DNA from: an uncultured Bacilli bacterium
GTDB taxonomy: Bacteria > Bacillota_I > Bacilli_A > RF39 > UBA660
Direction: 5' to 3'
DNA length: 45,743 bases
Assembly (NCBI GenBank): GCA_944329465.1
Contig: CALVII010000003.1
Span: forward strand, 1-45,743
Shown: positions 19,629 to 28,034 of the stretch, in pieces
Layout: each line of letters opens with the position of its first letter
How positions within the stretch are numbered: position 1 is the first letter of the stretch
Position numbers and translations under genes: made by a program
The notes under the pieces: generated by a model
Seen by the model: the letters and a program-made list of their open reading frames with translations, nothing else
Told to the model about the DNA's origin: nothing
Databases searched by the model: none

Positions 19629-20177
19629 ATGAAATTAGATAAACCAATATTAATAGATAGCAGTGGAATTTTGGTTAAATATGGCTTTGATAAAGTTCCA
19701 ATAGTTATAAATTATAGTACTTTGAAAAAGATTTTTTTAAAACATGGAATTCCTAAAGAAGACTTGATTTTATTAAAAGAGCAGATTGAAAATAATTTAT
19801 TAATTGCTTCATCTTTAACACGTAGTGATTCTATTATTTTATTTATTGGTCAATGGGATTTTAAAAATAGACCTATTATGGTTGCTTTAAATTTAGAGAA
19901 AATGGTAAATGAAACACCTATTTATAAAATTACGAGTATTTATGGTAGAGATAATTGTGAAAAATTTATACGAAGATTATATGAGACTGATAAAATTATT
20001 TATTATAATGAGAATGCTTATTTATGGTTTAAAATTTTAGGATTTGAAGTTTCAAATAATGTTATAGCTGATGAAGCATTTTATATAGGTAAATATTTTG
20101 TGTCTTTATGTGTCTTTATGTATAATAAAAAAACCAACTCCCCCCATAGAGCTATAATTGCTCAAGGACTTCGTTAG
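19629..20177 (+). CDS. Stand-alone MuF C-terminal domain / BECR-fold putative RNase
   Basis: Pattern recognised by eye, no HMM run: 'VPIVI..STLKKI..KHGI..EDL..L..QIEN.LLI.SS.TRSDSIIL....D..NRPIMVAL.L......YKITSIYGRDN...FI......IIYYN'. Confidence 0.65.
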   Translation: MKLDKPILIDSSGILVKYGFDKVPIVINYSTLKKIFLKHGIPKEDLILLKEQIENNLLIASSLTRSDSIILFIGQWDFKNRPIMVALNLEKMVNETPIYKITSIYGRDNCEKFIRRLYETDKIIYYNENAYLWFKILGFEVSNNVIADEAFYIGKYFVSLCVFMYNKKTNSPHRAIIAQGLR

Positions 20178-20181
20178 TTCT
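20127..20181 (-). ncRNA. Predicted ~55-nt antisense structured small RNA overlapping the 3' end of the MuF-C-like gene (may double as the PASTA-gene terminator)
   Basis: Minus strand AGAACUAACGAAGUCCUUGAGCAAUUAUAGCUCUAUGGGGGGAGUUGGUUUUUUU folds as AACUAAC/GUUGGUU, UCCUU/GGGGG and GAGC-7nt-GCUC, then a U7 tail. The G-U pairs work only on this strand. Promoter directly upstream. Confidence 0.55.
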
Positions 20182-20186
20182 TTTTA

Positions 20187-20215
20187 ATTATAACAAATTG
20201 TGATTTTAAATTCAA
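20187..20215 (-). promoter_or_regulatory. Near-consensus sigma-A promoter pointing into the MuF-C-like gene
   Basis: Minus strand TTGAAT (20215-20210), 17 bp spacer ending TGT, TATAAT (20192-20187). Confidence 0.7.
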
Positions 20216-20216
20216 G

Positions 20217-22256
20217 TTATGATACTATGATAAATGTATATGTTTTTCCTTCAGTAAATGAATAACTTTTATTTGCTTGATATGGAGAATCTTCGTGAAG
20301 TTTTCCAGTTCCACGGCCTTCTGCTGATGCTTTATATGAACATGTAATGTTAACTTTTGTTGAAGTTTGCCCTTGAATTTCGGTTTTTATTTTGTTACAA
20401 TTTCCTGTTGGATTTGCTTCTTTATTAACCCAGTCTGATTGGACATATATGTTATTGAATGTTTTTGGTGGAGTAGAAGGGATTGTTACACTACTTGTGT
20501 TTCCTCCTGATGAGCTAGAATTATTTGATGAATTTCCATTAGATGGTCTAGTTGTAGTTGTATTTGTTTTTTTGTTAGTAGATATAGTTATAACAATGGT
20601 ATCTCCTTTAGATATTTCAGTTCCTGCAGTAATACTTTGGTTAATTACTTTACCAGAAGATTTAGTAGAGTATTCTTCTTTAAAAGTACATTTGATGCCT
20701 AGTTTGTCGCATTCATTTTGTGCTTCTTTTTTAGTCATTCCATTAAAGTTTGGAATGGTTACAGCTTTTCCTTTTGAAACATATACTGTAATAGTATCTT
20801 CTAGGTTGATATTTTTTCCTTCTTCTATAGAGGTTTTAATTATTTTATCTTTTTCTATATTTTCATTAAATTCTTCTTTAATTTCATATTTTATTCCATT
20901 AGTATCAGCCCATGATTTAAAATCATTAATATTATCAAATTTTTTCATAACAAGAGGTCCTTTAGAGAAAGTAACATCAACAGTTGTTCCTTCTTCAATA
21001 ATATCTCCTTTTTTATAATTACTTTCAATTACTCTTCCTGATTTTATTTTACTGTCATATTTATCTTTATAATTTATTTGTAAATTATTTTCAACCATCC
21101 ATTTAGTAACGTAAGACATAGTTTTATTTTTTAAATCAGGTACTTTTATTTCTTTGCCTTTAGAGATAGTTAAAGTAACCATTTCATCTGGGTTAACGGT
21201 TGTTTCCTGTTTAGGATTATTGTTTATTACATGTCCTTTTTCTACAGTATCTGAAAATTCATATTTTAATTCATATAAAATGCCATTTCGTCCTAAATAA
21301 ACTTCTGCATTTAATAAACTTTCATTTTTTAAATCTTTTAATTTAATAGGGGATAAGGCATCTTTATTACCTAATGATACTGTAAAAATAATTGGTTCAT
21401 TTCTTTTAATTGTTCCAGTTTTACTTTGAGAAATTACAGTATCTTTTTTAATACTTTCATTTTCTTCAAAGTTGATAGTTATTTCACTTAAAAAGTTATT
21501 TTCTATAAATTTTAATACATCATCAACATCCCAACCAGTCATGTCAGCTAAGATAATATTTTTATTATAATCTGGTCCATTTGAAACAACAAATTCTACT
21601 TTATTTATATTTTTTGTTAGTGTTTCTGGTTTTTTGTTTTGACTTATAACACTGTATTTTTTAGTAGTGTCACTATATTCAAAATTTTGATCAGTTTTGA
21701 CATTATTTTCTTCAGTCCAGTTTATAGCTTTGGTTAAATTTTCACTTTCAAAATCTGGTAAAAAACTTTGAGTTGGAAGATTAATTACATTTGTCATATA
21801 TAATCCATTAAAAGCAATTGTTCCTAATACTAATAGTGCAGTTACGGTAGTAGGAACTGATTTATTTTTGAAAAATGATTTTTTAAAACTGATTAAAAAA
21901 CAGGTCATGGTAATCATTATTAGGAAAGCATTTATAATTTGATATACTTGGTCAATGCGATTAGTAGAGTCTAAAATTAGAAAAATAGATAAAGCAATGG
22001 CAGATACGTATGTTAGAGATAAGAATGTGTTTGCTAGTTTAGGTTTTTTAATTTCTTTATTATCTTCTATTTTTTGCTTTTTAGGTTTTCTATAAATGTT
22101 TTCTTTTTCATCATCAAATATAATACTTTTTAATTCTTTTCTTTTGGTTTCTAATTCTTTTTCTTTTTCAGTTTGTTTTTGTTTTAACTCTTCTTCGAAT
22201 TTTTTTCTTTCAGTTCTTGATTTATAAGATGTATTATTTAAATTATTATTCTCCAT
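20217..22256 (-). CDS. Membrane protein with six PASTA domains and no kinase or transpeptidase domain
   Basis: Charged N-terminus, three TM helices, six repeats (LPDF, LADM, LKDL, VPDL, MKKF, IPNF ...VISQ...VSKG), Ser/Thr/Asn-rich linker and a small C-terminal domain. Confidence 0.85.
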   Translation of the reverse strand: MENNNLNNTSYKSRTERKKFEEELKQKQTEKEKELETKRKELKSIIFDDEKENIYRKPKKQKIEDNKEIKKPKLANTFLSLTYVSAIALSIFLILDSTNRIDQVYQIINAFLIMITMTCFLISFKKSFFKNKSVPTTVTALLVLGTIAFNGLYMTNVINLPTQSFLPDFESENLTKAINWTEENNVKTDQNFEYSDTTKKYSVISQNKKPETLTKNINKVEFVVSNGPDYNKNIILADMTGWDVDDVLKFIENNFLSEITINFEENESIKKDTVISQSKTGTIKRNEPIIFTVSLGNKDALSPIKLKDLKNESLLNAEVYLGRNGILYELKYEFSDTVEKGHVINNNPKQETTVNPDEMVTLTISKGKEIKVPDLKNKTMSYVTKWMVENNLQINYKDKYDSKIKSGRVIESNYKKGDIIEEGTTVDVTFSKGPLVMKKFDNINDFKSWADTNGIKYEIKEEFNENIEKDKIIKTSIEEGKNINLEDTITVYVSKGKAVTIPNFNGMTKKEAQNECDKLGIKCTFKEEYSTKSSGKVINQSITAGTEISKGDTIVITISTNKKTNTTTTRPSNGNSSNNSSSSGGNTSSVTIPSTPPKTFNNIYVQSDWVNKEANPTGNCNKIKTEIQGQTSTKVNITCSYKASAEGRGTGKLHEDSPYQANKSYSFTEGKTYTFIIVS

Positions 22257-22363
22257 ATCATCACCTATAATAATTATACATTATTTAGATAATTATTGGT
22301 ATATTTCATATTTTATTTAACTTATACTTTACAGGATTTTACTTGTTATATTTACCTTATATG

Positions 22364-22405
22364 AAAAAAGATTTTATAAAGTGCAATAGCAATTTATAGA
22401 ATCCT
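22364..22405 (-). terminator. Terminator of the alpha/beta hydrolase
   Basis: Minus strand AGGATTCTATAAA-TTGCTATTGCAC-TTTATAAAATCTT followed by a T-run. Confidence 0.6.
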
Positions 22406-22409
22406 TATT

Positions 22410-23066
22410 TTATTTTTGGAAATCTTTTATTAATTTTATAGTTTTATTTTTGTGGTCTAGGCTTGTTAATGGATTATGCAATTTAGAATTAATGGTTTCG
22501 ATTTCAACGTTATCTTTTCTTTTAGCTAAATTTTCTAGATATTCTTTTGGTATAAAAATATCATCCTTTGAGTATATGATTAATACTGGAATATCTACTT
22601 TTTCTATAGCTAAAGTCGCCCATGGTTTTGTCCTATTAAAGACAATTATTGATCTAATTTTGTCACTACTTATTTTTGTTTCTTTTTCTCCATACTGCCT
22701 TTGGAAAGTAGGGTGGATATTAGCTTCTTCCATTTTTCTTTTTTCTTTAGTAGAATATTCTCCAAACTCTGGAGATATTAAGACTAAACTTTTATTTTTT
22801 TTAGATTGTTCAGCTGCTAAAACACCTAAATTACAGCCCATAGAATGGCATATTAGATTAACGTTTTGCATAGTTGGATTAGCCCTTCTAATTTTTTCAT
22901 CAACTTCAGCTTGGATAGCATTTTTGGATAAAGTCGCTAAGTTAGAGTAACTATCGAAAACGTTTGTAAAACTTAAGCCATTATCATTAAAACTATCTCT
23001 TATTTCACTTAATTCTTGATTATCTGTTGATAATCCTTTTAAATATAAACTATACATTTTCATCAT
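22410..23066 (-). CDS. Alpha/beta-fold hydrolase
   Basis: Nucleophile elbow LICHSMG, LVLISP, IPVLIIYSKDD (Asp), LHN (His). Start may be 23063 or 23057. Confidence 0.8.
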   Translation of the reverse strand: MMKMYSLYLKGLSTDNQELSEIRDSFNDNGLSFTNVFDSYSNLATLSKNAIQAEVDEKIRRANPTMQNVNLICHSMGCNLGVLAAEQSKKNKSLVLISPEFGEYSTKEKRKMEEANIHPTFQRQYGEKETKISSDKIRSIIVFNRTKPWATLAIEKVDIPVLIIYSKDDIFIPKEYLENLAKRKDNVEIETINSKLHNPLTSLDHKNKTIKLIKDFQK

Positions 23067-23140
23067 CCTTTCAGGTTATATCATTATAGCATAAATATAT
23101 GAAAAAATGTGTCTAAATTTTCTAAAATGTGGAAAATTTA

Positions 23141-24202
23141 TTAAATAATACTTTTTCCTTTAATATTTAATTTCTTTAATATGAATGTAATAATTAATGA
23201 AAAAATGAAAATTAAAATAGATATCAAAGGTATAGAAAGAATTGGTGTAAAATCAGTAATTTTTATTATGTTAAAATCAAATAGTAAGTTCATAACTAAA
23301 ATATGAATAATGTATATTCCTAAAGTGCAGTTTGAAATAATAGTAATTTGTTTTCTATATATTTTTTCTGATTTAAAGTAGTTATATTTAAAAAATAGGA
23401 ATAAGGCGCAGGCTTCAAAAAACGTAAATATACTAAAATAATCAAAAAAACTGTCAATATTTGTTTTTTCATATTCAGATATTAGAAAAGTTAATAAAGA
23501 GCAAGCAATTATACTTAAAATTCCCATTAGATAAATAATATTTCTTTTCTTTTTAGAAATATTAAAATTGTATAAAAAATAACCTAATAAAAAGTAACTA
23601 TAATACTGACAAATTAAATCAATAGGAAGTTTACTTAATATAACATTTAATGTGTTTATATATGGTACAAAGGTGCAAAAGGAAATGGTTTTTAAAAGGC
23701 AGGATGTTAAAAATAATATAAAGAAATATTTGAAGATTTTTCTGTTTGAGTTTTGTGTAATTTTAATTAAAATAGGTGAGAGAATATATAAGCCAATTAT
23801 AGTTGGAATATACCAAAAGTGATAATGTCCATTGATAGTTTTAATCAATAAATCTTTAAGGTTAAAATTTGCTTTATTCATTAAAACGTCGTAGATGTAG
23901 TAAATGCTAGACCATATTAGAAATAATAAAACTAATTTAAGTATATATTTTTTGAAAATCGTTTTAATATCTTTTTCTTTAGAACTGTTTAAGAAAAAGA
24001 TGCCACTAATCATGATAAAAATAGGAACAGCACTTCTGCTAATACTATCGAAAAAACTATAAACATTAAATTCAAAAGAATTACTAGGAACTGTATACCA
24101 TGAATAGGCAGATACATGAATTAAAATTACCATAAATGAGGCTAAAATTCTAAGTAAATCTAGATTGTAATCTCTTTTTTTGTTTTTCACTTGCTCCATC
24201 AT
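23141..24202 (-). CDS. Acyltransferase-3 family membrane O-acyltransferase
   Basis: R...LDLLRILASFMVILIH, SAVPIFIMISG, HFWY, TLGIYIIH; about ten TM segments. Confidence 0.9.
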   Translation of the reverse strand: MMEQVKNKKRDYNLDLLRILASFMVILIHVSAYSWYTVPSNSFEFNVYSFFDSISRSAVPIFIMISGIFFLNSSKEKDIKTIFKKYILKLVLLFLIWSSIYYIYDVLMNKANFNLKDLLIKTINGHYHFWYIPTIIGLYILSPILIKITQNSNRKIFKYFFILFLTSCLLKTISFCTFVPYINTLNVILSKLPIDLICQYYSYFLLGYFLYNFNISKKKRNIIYLMGILSIIACSLLTFLISEYEKTNIDSFFDYFSIFTFFEACALFLFFKYNYFKSEKIYRKQITIISNCTLGIYIIHILVMNLLFDFNIIKITDFTPILSIPLISILIFIFSLIITFILKKLNIKGKSII

Positions 24203-24365
24203 ATCATTCCTTTTTTTATTTATCTTTATATAGAAAGTATAACACAGCTAAGAGAATTAATTCAACAATTAAAGATATTCTGATTTATAAAATAAATTTT
24301 TGAAGACTATATTTTTGTGTTAAATTTTGATATAATGGTTTAGAAAGTAAGAAGGTGAAAAAATA

Positions 24366-26897
24366 ATGAAAAAGAAATTATTATTTAGTTTATTTTTTTG
24401 TTTTGTGTTTTTCTTTTTTGTAAATGGAGCTGAGGCAGCAACATTAAAGGAAGGGGTTTATACGATTAAAAGTGCACTTGCGAATGACAAGGTGATAGAT
24501 GTTGATGATGGAAATACTAATAATGGAACTAATGTACAGCTTTTTTCTAGTAATGGAACGAATGCTCAAAAGTGGAATGTTAAATTAATTGGTAATGATT
24601 ATTATGAAATTACTACAGTTTTAGATAGTAATTTATCACTTGATGTAGCAAATGGAAGTTTAAAAAATAAAACTAATGTACAAATATATACTAAGAATGG
24701 GACTGATGCACAAAAATGGCTGATTAAAGATGCTGGTGGAGGTTATTATTACATTGTCAGCAAACGTAATGGTTTATATGTAGATGTTGATAATGCAGGG
24801 ACTTCGAATAAGACTAATATTCAAATGTATAAAGGTAATGGTACAAAAGCCCAAAAATTTAAATTTGTCGAGGACATTGTCGGAAGTAAAACATTAGAAG
24901 ATGGAGTTTATAAAATTTCTAGTTTTACTAACCCTAATTTATCTTTGAGCGTTCAAAAAACGGCTGGACAAAGTGCTAAAATAGGTCTTGAAGATAATAG
25001 TAATTCTATTAAACAATCTTGGAGAGTTAAGTATTTGAACAATGGCTATTATATGATAACTTCATACGCGAATGAACTTTTGAGTTTAGATGTGAAAGAT
25101 GGTAATAGTTCTAATTCTGTTCCTTTGCAATTATATACTAATAATGGGACGGACGCGCAAAAATGGATTATAAAAGAAGAAAATGGTTATTATAGTTTAG
25201 TGTCAGCTTTGGATCATAAATATGTAGATATTAAAGATGGTAATATTAAAAATGGAACAGGTATTCAAATATATCAGCCCAACGGAACTGATGCCCAAAA
25301 ATTTACCTTTACTAAAATAGAGGAGCCTAAAATAGAAAATGGTTATTACGTTTTAAATAGTGCATTAGATAATAATAAGGTGATAGATACTAATTCTATG
25401 ATAGCAATTAATAGTATTCAAACTATTTTAAATGATAATAATAATTTAGTATCTCAAAAATGGTATATAGAATATTTAGAAGACGGTTATTATTCGGTTA
25501 AATCGGCGATTGATCAAAGTTATGTTTTAGATGTTTTTAATGGAAATGTTGCTGATAAAACTAAAGTTCAAATATATTCTTCTAATGGAACAGATGCCCA
25601 AAAATGGTATATAAAAGATGCCGGTGATGGTTATTACTATTTGATTAGTAAAAGAGGCAATAAGTATTTAGATATTGAGAATGGGAATGTAGCTAATGGA
25701 ACTAAAGTACAAATATATAGTGGTAATGAGACTAATGCTCAAAAGTTTAAATTAACACCAACAACAGTTAGTGAAAATGATATGCAATCACATATATATG
25801 AAGAGGGTTATTATATTTTTTCTTCTAAATTAGATAATAATAAAGTAATTGATGTCGATAATGCTAAAAAGGCTAATGGTACTAATGTACAGCTTTATTC
25901 TTTAAATAGCTCGGTTGCTCAAATTTGGTATTTAAAAAAATTAGATAATGGTTATTATGCTATTTTAAGTTCAATGAATCCAGAGGTTGCATTGACGGCG
26001 GCTAGCGGTGATATGAAAAACGGGGTTAATGTTCAAATATCGAAGTATGCAGATTTAGACGCTCAAAAGTGGGCAATTAAAAAAGCTGGAAATTATGTAG
26101 TTATTGTTTCTAAGGCTAATGGGTTAAATATTGATATTTATAATGGTAGTGTAGCTAACGGAACCAATGTTCAATTATATAAGCAAAATTTGACGGATTC
26201 ACAATTTTTTAAAGTACAAAAGTTTGATGGTCAAAAAGTTTATACCGGAATTGATGTTTCACATCATCAAAATACTATAGATTGGGCAACGGTTGCTAAA
26301 TCTGATGTTGGATTTGTAATAATTAGAGCTGGTTATGGTGGTAACTGGACTAATCAAGATGATAGACAGTTTTTGAACAATGTTAAAGCTTGTGAAGAGT
26401 ATAATATTCCTTATGGGTTATATTTGTATTCTTATGCTAGTGAAATAGATAATGATGATACTAGTGCTCAAAATGAAGCAAGGCACATGCTTAGATTAAT
26501 AGATCAAATTGAAGAGTATAATTATTCGCCAAATTTGGGTACTAAAGTATTTATCGATATGGAAGATAATAGTGTAGTTCATGCTGGAAAAGATCAATTG
26601 ACTAGTGTATCAGATACATTCTGTTCGCAAATTGAAGCTAACGGTTATAGCTGTGGAATATACGCTAATAAAACATGGCTTACTAATCATTTAAATGCTG
26701 GTGAGTTATCTAAAAAATATGATATTTGGCTTGCTGAGTGGTTACCAGTTCCTAGTCCAAGCTTTAGTTATGCTAAGTCGCAAAAACCAACTTATAATTT
26801 AACTCCATATAAATATTGGCAGTTTGCTTCTGATGGAAAACTAAATGGAATTGTTGGCAATGTTGATTTTGATTTAGGTTATGATATATTTGATTAA
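24366..26897 (+). CDS. Secreted GH25 muramidase with four ricin-B-type lectin domains
   Basis: Signal peptide (AEA-A); repeated 'LDV..G....T.VQ.Y..NGTDAQKW' QxW subrepeats; C-terminal GH25 'GIDVSHHQ..IDW', 'IRAGYG', 'DME', 'WQF.S.G...G..G.VD.D'. Confidence 0.9.
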   Translation: MKKKLLFSLFFCFVFFFFVNGAEAATLKEGVYTIKSALANDKVIDVDDGNTNNGTNVQLFSSNGTNAQKWNVKLIGNDYYEITTVLDSNLSLDVANGSLKNKTNVQIYTKNGTDAQKWLIKDAGGGYYYIVSKRNGLYVDVDNAGTSNKTNIQMYKGNGTKAQKFKFVEDIVGSKTLEDGVYKISSFTNPNLSLSVQKTAGQSAKIGLEDNSNSIKQSWRVKYLNNGYYMITSYANELLSLDVKDGNSSNSVPLQLYTNNGTDAQKWIIKEENGYYSLVSALDHKYVDIKDGNIKNGTGIQIYQPNGTDAQKFTFTKIEEPKIENGYYVLNSALDNNKVIDTNSMIAINSIQTILNDNNNLVSQKWYIEYLEDGYYSVKSAIDQSYVLDVFNGNVADKTKVQIYSSNGTDAQKWYIKDAGDGYYYLISKRGNKYLDIENGNVANGTKVQIYSGNETNAQKFKLTPTTVSENDMQSHIYEEGYYIFSSKLDNNKVIDVDNAKKANGTNVQLYSLNSSVAQIWYLKKLDNGYYAILSSMNPEVALTAASGDMKNGVNVQISKYADLDAQKWAIKKAGNYVVIVSKANGLNIDIYNGSVANGTNVQLYKQNLTDSQFFKVQKFDGQKVYTGIDVSHHQNTIDWATVAKSDVGFVIIRAGYGGNWTNQDDRQFLNNVKACEEYNIPYGLYLYSYASEIDNDDTSAQNEARHMLRLIDQIEEYNYSPNLGTKVFIDMEDNSVVHAGKDQLTSVSDTFCSQIEANGYSCGIYANKTWLTNHLNAGELSKKYDIWLAEWLPVPSPSFSYAKSQKPTYNLTPYKYWQFASDGKLNGIVGNVDFDLGYDIFD

Positions 26898-26932
26898 AAA
26901 ATGAACGTTTTAATATTTTGAACGTTCTTTTT
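26896..26932 (+). terminator. Intrinsic terminator after the GH25 gene
   Basis: GAACGTT...AACGTTC followed by TTTTT. Confidence 0.6.
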
Positions 26933-26994
26933 ATATATGATATGGATTTTTTTGTTGATATTTGCTATACTTAATATATTGAAGGTGATTATAC

Positions 26995-27930
26995 GTGAAA
27001 AAAATTTCATTAGTTGTTCCTTGTTATAATGAACAAGAAGTTATTAAATTATTTTATGATGAAATTCAAAAGATTAAAAAAGATTTTGAAGAAGTTTCTT
27101 TTGAAATTATTTTTGTTAATGATGGTTCTAAGGATAAAACGTTAGATTTAATGAGAGAACTTTCTAAAAATGATGATGTAAGATATGTTTCATTTTCAAG
27201 AAATTTTGGTAAGGAAGCTGCAATGTATGCAGGATTAGAAGCATCTACTGGGGATTATGTAGCTATAATGGATGCTGATTTACAAGATCCTCCAGCTTTA
27301 TTAAAAGAAATGTATGAAATTTTAGAATCTAAAGAATATGATAGTGTGGCAACAAGAAGAGTTACAAGAAAAGGAGAACCTATCATTAGAAGCTTTTTTG
27401 CTAGACTTTACTATAAAATTATTAATAAAATTTCTAAAACTGAAATTGTCGATGGAGCTAGAGATTATAGATTAATGACAAGACAAATGGTAAATTCCGT
27501 TTTATCTTTGAAAGAATATAATAGATTTTCTAAAGGTATTTTTTCTTGGGTAGGGTATAGAACAAAATGGCTTGAGTATGAAAATGTAGAAAGAGCAGCA
27601 GGAGAGACTAAATGGTCTTTTTGGAAATTATTTTTATACTCATTAGAAAGCATTGTGGCTTTTTCTACTGTACCTCTTTCAATTGCATCTGTTATGGGAA
27701 TTTTATTTTGTATTGTAGCTTTTATTATAATAATTTTTATAATAGTAAGAACTTTAATGTTTGGTGATCCTACGAGTGGTTGGCCTAGTATGGTATGTAT
27801 TATGTTTTTTATAGGTGGAGTGCAGCTACTTTGTTTAGGTATTATGGGCCAGTATTTATCTAAAACTTATTTAGAGGTTAAAAAGAGACCAATTTATATT
27901 GTTGCTGAAACCGAAAAAGATAGAAAATAA
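26995..27930 (+). CDS. GtrB/YkoT-like GT2 undecaprenyl-phosphate glycosyltransferase
   Basis: ISLVVPCYNE, VNDGSKD, FSRNFGKEAA, MDADLQDPP, two C-terminal TMs, EVKKRPIYIV. Confidence 0.92.
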   Translation: MKKISLVVPCYNEQEVIKLFYDEIQKIKKDFEEVSFEIIFVNDGSKDKTLDLMRELSKNDDVRYVSFSRNFGKEAAMYAGLEASTGDYVAIMDADLQDPPALLKEMYEILESKEYDSVATRRVTRKGEPIIRSFFARLYYKIINKISKTEIVDGARDYRLMTRQMVNSVLSLKEYNRFSKGIFSWVGYRTKWLEYENVERAAGETKWSFWKLFLYSLESIVAFSTVPLSIASVMGILFCIVAFIIIIFIIVRTLMFGDPTSGWPSMVCIMFFIGGVQLLCLGIMGQYLSKTYLEVKKRPIYIVAETEKDRK

Positions 27931-27965
27931 AAGCAAAAAATCATGTAAAAGTGATAGTTATTTTT

Positions 27966-27994
27966 TTGCTTTGTTTTTGTATCTATGTTATAAT
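27966..27994 (+). promoter_or_regulatory. Predicted sigma-A promoter for the glf polysaccharide operon
   Basis: TTGCTT (27966-27971), 17 bp spacer with TG, TATAAT (27989-27994). Overlaps the 3' arm of the AAAGCAAAAAA/TTTTTTGCTTT inverted repeat after the GtrB-like gene. Confidence 0.6.
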
Positions 27995-28034
27995 GAATAA
28001 GACAAAATATTACAAAATTGGAGGGCGAATTATA

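Noticed and set aside
20392..22950. Plus-strand ORFs 20392-21018 and 22450-22950
   Set aside because: Antisense shadows of the PASTA and hydrolase genes; their hydrophobic look comes from the reverse complement of Lys/Glu/Asn codons.
17730..26220. Recurrent DNA repeats as a possible CRISPR array or DGR
   Set aside because: They are degenerate, in-frame domain repeats (Ig-like, ricin); no cas or reverse transcriptase gene and no spacer pattern.
16061..26897. Prophage remnant suggested by the MuF-C-like, GH73 and GH25 genes
   Set aside because: No integrase, terminase, structural or holin genes and no att-like repeats; both hydrolases have Sec signal peptides typical of autolysins.
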